A DNA stretch of 64,000 nucleotides from a virus: IMG/VR virus record IMGVR_UViG_3300025121_000027, positions 1 to 64,000 of that record; one strand, 5' to 3'. The notes under the pieces are model-generated. The model worked only from the letters and a program-made list of their open reading frames with translations. It did not search any database and was not told the origin of the DNA. A program made the translations under genes and the position numbers. This document shows, piece after piece, positions 59,093-64,000 of the stretch (position 1 is its first letter; each line of letters opens with the position of its first letter).

Positions 59093-59347
59093 ATGGGGTT
59101 TGATAAGTTAAGCGATGCAAAAATAAAATTGCTTCAGTGGATGATAGGAATACTTCTAACAACTCTGACAATTAGTGGCGCATGGACAATGCAGCAAATT
59201 TATCAACTTAAATGCGATCTACCAAAAGAGTATGTTATGCTTGAAAGATATCAAGCGGATCATAACTCGTTAGAAAGAAGCATAGATAATATAGATAAAA
59301 AGTTGGATAGATTAATAGAGAGAAGCGGTTGTATTGATAAGCAATAA
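59093..59347 (+). CDS. Single-TM coiled-coil protein (holin/XhlA-like candidate)
   Basis: Start at 59093 with AGGAG RBS; one TM segment; IDKKLDRLIE. Confidence 0.45.
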   Translation: MGFDKLSDAKIKLLQWMIGILLTTLTISGAWTMQQIYQLKCDLPKEYVMLERYQADHNSLERSIDNIDKKLDRLIERSGCIDKQ

Positions 59348-59362
59348 AAAAGGAATACGGTT

Positions 59363-61864
59363 TTGACAATCTTCTCTAAAATATTTGGATCGAAAAACAA
59401 AAAAGAAAGTCGAATAGCTCGCTTGCTATTTTCTTCTGGTGGCGGTGCTATTTATAGTGAAAAGAACTATGAAAATTTCAGCAGAGAAACATATCTAAAA
59501 AATGTGATTGGTTTTAGATGTATTCTTGAAATTGCTCAAGCTTGTTCTTTTGTGGATTGGTATCTTGAAAAAAGAATATCTCAAGATCAAACAGAAATAG
59601 TAACAGATCATGAAGTAAATAATTTGCTACATAGACCAAATAGAGATAACTCTTGGTCTATGTTAATGTATAGATCGGCGGCATTTCTTGCTTTATCTGG
59701 TAATACTTTTTTTGAGAAAGTACGATTACAAACAAGAAATGCAAAGTTTCCTTCTGAAATGTATGTACTTAGACCAGATAGAATTACTTTGGTTCCAGGC
59801 GATAATGGAAGATTAAAACAATACGAATATACTACAAATCAAGGCAAAGAATATTTTGATATAGACCCTATAACTAATGAATGTGATTTACTTCATGTTC
59901 ATACTTTTCATCCAACAAATGATTTTTGGGGCGCTGGTCCGGTTGAGCCAGCAAGTAGAGAAATAGATATCTCCAACGAAACAACTGATTGGAACATGTC
60001 TTTGATTCGCAATCAGGGGCGACCAGGGATGGTTTTTACTATTGTTGGAGATATGGGAGATGATGATTTTGCAGCTTTTGAAAGAACTTTAAATGAAAAA
60101 TTTACTGGCCCATCTAATGCCGGAAAGAATATAGTAATTACAGGAGACAATGGAACAAAAGCAGAACCTTATTCTTTTACTCCACAAGAGATGGAGTTTG
60201 TAGAAGGAAGCAGAGAATCGGCAAGAAGAATTGCTTTATCTTTTGGTGTTCCGCCTATGCTTCTTGGTGTTCCTGGGGATAACACGTATTGTTTGCCTGC
60301 TGATGCAACAATATCTACTCCTAAAGGGCCAAAAGAGATTGTAAATCTTTCAAAAGGCGATTTTGTTTATTCTCTTGTAGATGGACAAATGAAGGCTATG
60401 TCTGTTTCTTGGCAAGGCAAGGTCGGCAGGAAACAACTTTATAAAGTAAAAACTAAGAATAGAGAAGTTGTTGCTACTTCTAATCATCCTTTTCTTGTTC
60501 GAGAATCATTTAAAATTGAATCTCCTAATATTGGAAAAAGGCGCAGTAAAGAAATTGAATATCGTCTTGTCTATAAGGAACTTAAAGACATTAAAGTTGG
60601 CGATGTATTAGTTCAAGCCAGTAGCCTGCCAACTTTTGAGGAAAGCAATCCTTATAATATCTCTATAGAAGAGATGGAACTTTTAGGACTTTATCTCGGA
60701 GATGGGTATTGTTCTAAGCCGGTAATGATTGGAGACGGCAAAGGATATAAAAGAGGCGGTAGTTTTATTATAGCGGCAAGTCCAAATGCTTCTTATAGAA
60801 ATTATTATTTAAACATAGTGCAAAAACTTACTGGATCAGAAGGCCACATCGGGAAAAATTGTGTTGCTTTTGGAAGTTCTTCATATGTCAGGCGCATAGA
60901 TTATCTTGGCTTTAGCGGTACTGCTCATCAAAAAAGAATACCGGAGTGGGTATTCTCGATGCCAGAAGAATATAAGCTTGCTTTACTTAGAGGTTTGATT
61001 GATTCTGATGGCAGTATTGATAAGAATGGCAGAGCTTCTTTTGCACTTTGTAATAAAAACCTTATCAAAGACATATGGAGCCTTTGTTTATCTTGTAGTT
61101 TGCAAGTCGGAAGTGTTTGTACAAGAGAAAGAGAAGCAACACTTCCGAATGGCAAAAAATTTAATCAAATATATCATATTTTTATGATTTCATGCGCTTC
61201 TGATGTTGCTAAAATAGGAACGCATACGACAGTTTATAAAGAAAGAATACAGGCTAATGTTTTTAAAGATAAAAAGCAACTTCTTTCTGCTACTGGAGGC
61301 AATTCGAGTTTTGAAAAAATTACTTCTCTTTTAAATACAAATGAGTTTCATTTTGCTAAAGTAGTTGATATAGAAAAGCAAGATGTTCAAGATGTTTATG
61401 ACATTGAAGTAAATGGTAGCCACAATTTTATAGCCGAAGGCATTGTTGTTCATAACTCAAACCTCAAGGAAGCGCGTCAAGCATTTTATGAAGGAACAGT
61501 TCAATTCTATTTAAATATGCTTTGTTCCGAATTAAACAATTGGTTGTTTAAGCCAGAGGATAAATTAGCTATCCGATATGATATGGATAATGTTCCCGCT
61601 CTTGAACCAAGATGGGAAAGTAAATGGAAAAGAGCAGAGAACGCGGACTTCCTTACTATCAACGAAAAAAGAGAATTGACTGGTTATGAGAAGTATGAAG
61701 GTGGAGATGTAATTCTTGTTCCGATGGGGATGCAAACTCTTCAAATGGCAACTGAAGAAAAAGAAGAAGAAATAGAAAATATTGAAGATGATGCAAAAAA
61801 AGTATCTGTAACTGATGAAGAGTTTGAACTTCTAATGGGTTTAAGAGAGAAATGGAATGAGTAA
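59363..61864 (+). CDS. HK97-family portal protein, intein-containing
   Basis: LLHRPN, LSGN.F, LRPDRI, WN..LI.NQGRPG and IALSFGVPPMLLG..NTY|...|SNLKEARQAFYE. Confidence 0.92.
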   Translation: MTIFSKIFGSKNKKESRIARLLFSSGGGAIYSEKNYENFSRETYLKNVIGFRCILEIAQACSFVDWYLEKRISQDQTEIVTDHEVNNLLHRPNRDNSWSMLMYRSAAFLALSGNTFFEKVRLQTRNAKFPSEMYVLRPDRITLVPGDNGRLKQYEYTTNQGKEYFDIDPITNECDLLHVHTFHPTNDFWGAGPVEPASREIDISNETTDWNMSLIRNQGRPGMVFTIVGDMGDDDFAAFERTLNEKFTGPSNAGKNIVITGDNGTKAEPYSFTPQEMEFVEGSRESARRIALSFGVPPMLLGVPGDNTYCLPADATISTPKGPKEIVNLSKGDFVYSLVDGQMKAMSVSWQGKVGRKQLYKVKTKNREVVATSNHPFLVRESFKIESPNIGKRRSKEIEYRLVYKELKDIKVGDVLVQASSLPTFEESNPYNISIEEMELLGLYLGDGYCSKPVMIGDGKGYKRGGSFIIAASPNASYRNYYLNIVQKLTGSEGHIGKNCVAFGSSSYVRRIDYLGFSGTAHQKRIPEWVFSMPEEYKLALLRGLIDSDGSIDKNGRASFALCNKNLIKDIWSLCLSCSLQVGSVCTREREATLPNGKKFNQIYHIFMISCASDVAKIGTHTTVYKERIQANVFKDKKQLLSATGGNSSFEKITSLLNTNEFHFAKVVDIEKQDVQDVYDIEVNGSHNFIAEGIVVHNSNLKEARQAFYEGTVQFYLNMLCSELNNWLFKPEDKLAIRYDMDNVPALEPRWESKWKRAENADFLTINEKRELTGYEKYEGGDVILVPMGMQTLQMATEEKEEEIENIEDDAKKVSVTDEEFELLMGLREKWNE
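60290..61456 (+). mobile_element. 389-aa LAGLIDADG (DOD) intein in the portal
   Basis: CLPADATI, TSNHPF, LLGLYLGDG, LLRGLIDSDG and VYDIEV..HNFIAEGIVVHN|S. Confidence 0.93.
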
Positions 61865-62525
61865 AGTAGAAGTTTTTGAAGACTTAAATATAAATGATTT
61901 CCTGAAAGCCGGAAGAGCTAAAATTGGTTCTAATGATGGCTATACAGAGATAGAAGAAGATGGCACTCTTCGCTTTGATGGGGCTGCTGTTGTTTGGGAT
62001 GATATTAGAATAGTTCCTGGTGTTTTTGATTTTCCTGGCATTGCTGATCCGGTTCTTGATAACTGGCAACCAGGGGGGGCAGGAGCAACATATAAAGTAT
62101 GGGTATTTGCTCAAAATGACGAAGTACATACTACTGTTCAACTTCCACACAAATATAAAGAAGGCTCAGATATTTATGCTCATGTTCATTGGACACCAAG
62201 AACAAGAGGAAATGAAGAAATTGGAAAAACAGTTGCTTGGAAAATAGATGTTTCTTGGTCAAACAATGGAGAAGTATTTCCTTCATCTACAACGTATGAT
62301 TTAACCGATACTTGTACAGGTACAGATAATTTACACGAAAAGACTTCTGATGTTTTACTTAGTGGCGTAGATAAAAGAATATCTTCGATGCTTGAAATTA
62401 GATTATATAGAGATGCAACCGATGATTGGGCAGGAGTATTAGCGGCGCAACTTCCAGCATTTCTTGAATTAGATTTTCATTTTCAAATTGATACAGCAGG
62501 AAGCAGAGAAAGTCATAGTAAATAA
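61857..62525 (+). CDS. Hypothetical virion protein
   Basis: ORF between portal and head morphogenesis gene; QLPH.YKEG..I..HVHW. Confidence 0.55.
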   Translation: MSKVEVFEDLNINDFLKAGRAKIGSNDGYTEIEEDGTLRFDGAAVVWDDIRIVPGVFDFPGIADPVLDNWQPGGAGATYKVWVFAQNDEVHTTVQLPHKYKEGSDIYAHVHWTPRTRGNEEIGKTVAWKIDVSWSNNGEVFPSSTTYDLTDTCTGTDNLHEKTSDVLLSGVDKRISSMLEIRLYRDATDDWAGVLAAQLPAFLELDFHFQIDTAGSRESHSK

Positions 62526-63323
62526 ATGTTTAATGTTTCAGATGATAATGCAGCAAAATATCAAAAGTATTTACTGCGATTAATGGGTAAATTTGAAAGA
62601 GGCATGATTCAAAGAATTTATCCAGTTCTTCAATCGACGTATGAAGAAGCATCTAAACTTGTAGAACATGGACAATCTGATTTTTCTATCGTTATAGAAA
62701 AACATAGACAAGCAATGCAGAAACAATTACAGAAAGAATATGACAACCTATTAGCTTATTTTGGTACGTTTACTTTTGATCAATTTAAGAAAGCATACCA
62801 AAAAGAAATAACAGTTTTAGAGACAAAAGGAATGGAAGATATTTATTGGCAAAATATAAAACAGTGGTCTCAAATAAGTGTTTTATATAAGTCCAGAGAG
62901 ATATCGAAAACAACGAACAAACTGATACAGTCCTTAATACGAAATGGAATGAGGGCTGGCTTATCTAATGCTGAGATAGTAAACGAGTTGATGGATAAAA
63001 GAAAGACTTTTAACAAGGTAAGAGCTACAAGGATAGTAAGAACAGAAACACACTCGGCGGCAAACAAATCAATAGATGAAGCGGTAAGAAGCACCGGCTA
63101 TGTTCACGATAGAGTTTGGCGGGCAACATTAGATGATAGAGTTAGAGGGGCAAATCCAAAAGATAGATTTAATCATAAAATAGCAAATGGCCAAAAGAGA
63201 GATTTAAACACTCCTTTTGATGTATCTGGAGACAAGTTGATGTTTCCAGGTGATCCAAAAGGTAGAGCTGGAAATATTGTGAATTGTCGTTGCGTCACCA
63301 GCTATCATACTAAAAGAGCATAG
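62526..63323 (+). CDS. Head morphogenesis / minor capsid protein (SPP1 gp7, Mu gpF family)
   Basis: RATRIVRTE, W.AT.DDRVR, H...NGQ and FPGDP..NIVNCRC. Confidence 0.9.
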   Translation: MFNVSDDNAAKYQKYLLRLMGKFERGMIQRIYPVLQSTYEEASKLVEHGQSDFSIVIEKHRQAMQKQLQKEYDNLLAYFGTFTFDQFKKAYQKEITVLETKGMEDIYWQNIKQWSQISVLYKSREISKTTNKLIQSLIRNGMRAGLSNAEIVNELMDKRKTFNKVRATRIVRTETHSAANKSIDEAVRSTGYVHDRVWRATLDDRVRGANPKDRFNHKIANGQKRDLNTPFDVSGDKLMFPGDPKGRAGNIVNCRCVTSYHTKRA

Positions 63324-63470
63324 TATTGTGCAAAATGAAGAAGATAAAGATAAAGAGAAAAAGAAATCATGCGACACTTGCGCTTATGTAGGTGTTGCAT
63401 TTTGTGATAAATGTAAAGATTTCAGTCTTTGGTATCCAGGGGATAACAACAGCGATGAGGAGAAAAAAAG

Positions 63471-64000
63471 ATGAAAAAAGATTCTAATAATTACTTCGGC
63501 AAAGGTAACACTCCTCCGCCTTATAGTATTTTGGGTTTGCCTTTGGAAATTAAATCCGATGATGTTTCGGATGAAGGCAAATTCAAAGGATGGGGAAGTA
63601 CTTTTGGCGGGAAACCAGATAGTTATGGTGATGTAGTTGTAAAAGGAGCATTCAAAGAAACATTAGAAAATGGAGGGAGAAACGGGACTGGAATTGCTAT
63701 GCTTTATCAACACAATTCCTATGAGCCAATTGGCGTTTGGACCGTAATGGAAGAAAGAGATAAAGGGCTTTGGGTAGAAGGCGAATTAGATTTAAATGTT
63801 CAAAGAGCAAAAGAAACACATTCTCTTCTTCGCAAAGGTGCTATGCGCGGCTTGTCTATTGGCTATGATCTTCCAAGACTACCTGATGGAACAAGAGATC
63901 CAGGTGCTTGTGAATTTATCGAACAAGTAAATGGTCAATACATTAGAGTATTAAAGAAGATTAATTTATGGGAAGTTTCCCCTGTTACTTTCCCTGCAAA
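63471..64000 (+). CDS. HK97-family prohead protease (runs off the window)
   Basis: G.FKGWGSTFG..DSYGDVV.KGAF, MLYQH..PIGVW, GLSIGY and LWEVSPVTFPA. Confidence 0.9.
   Translation, partial: MKKDSNNYFGKGNTPPPYSILGLPLEIKSDDVSDEGKFKGWGSTFGGKPDSYGDVVVKGAFKETLENGGRNGTGIAMLYQHNSYEPIGVWTVMEERDKGLWVEGELDLNVQRAKETHSLLRKGAMRGLSIGYDLPRLPDGTRDPGACEFIEQVNGQYIRVLKKINLWEVSPVTFPA

Noticed and set aside
1-64000. Prophage integration module or host flanks
   Set aside because: No integrase, repressor switch, att site or host housekeeping genes were recognised in this window, so lifestyle cannot be determined.

Overview
The window is about 64 kb of an AT-rich tailed dsDNA bacteriophage (Caudoviricetes) genome. 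The host is probably Gram-negative and possibly Desulfobacterota-like (inference only). Positions 1-42.4 kb form a leftward early/middle arm. It holds a bacterial Pol III-type replisome: DnaE fused to a family-4 uracil-DNA glycosylase, beta clamp, DnaX, DnaB, primase, SSB and a 5'-3' exonuclease. It also holds T4-like recombination genes (RecA/UvsX, UvsY, SF2 helicase, Mre11/Rad50, endonuclease VII), two sigma factors, candidate DNA-modification enzymes, a MoxR-VWA module, a tRNA-Ile(UAU) and many small early ORFs. Positions 43.2-64 kb form a rightward late arm: TerS, TerL, a 12-kb block rich in signal-peptide proteins, portal, head morphogenesis protein and prohead protease. The most striking signal is three inteins in three different states. 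(1) The portal carries a canonical in-frame LAGLIDADG intein. (2) The DnaX intein stays open while hiding a complete Vsr/DUF559-like endonuclease gene in an overlapping frame. (3) The large terminase is fractured into two genes by a naturally split intein, with a free-standing GIY-YIG endonuclease between the halves. Other notable signals are a five-copy phage promoter motif, a roughly 500-nt structured non-coding leader, and an ORF clamped by 5'-3' pairing. All calls come from manual motif reading; no database searches were run.
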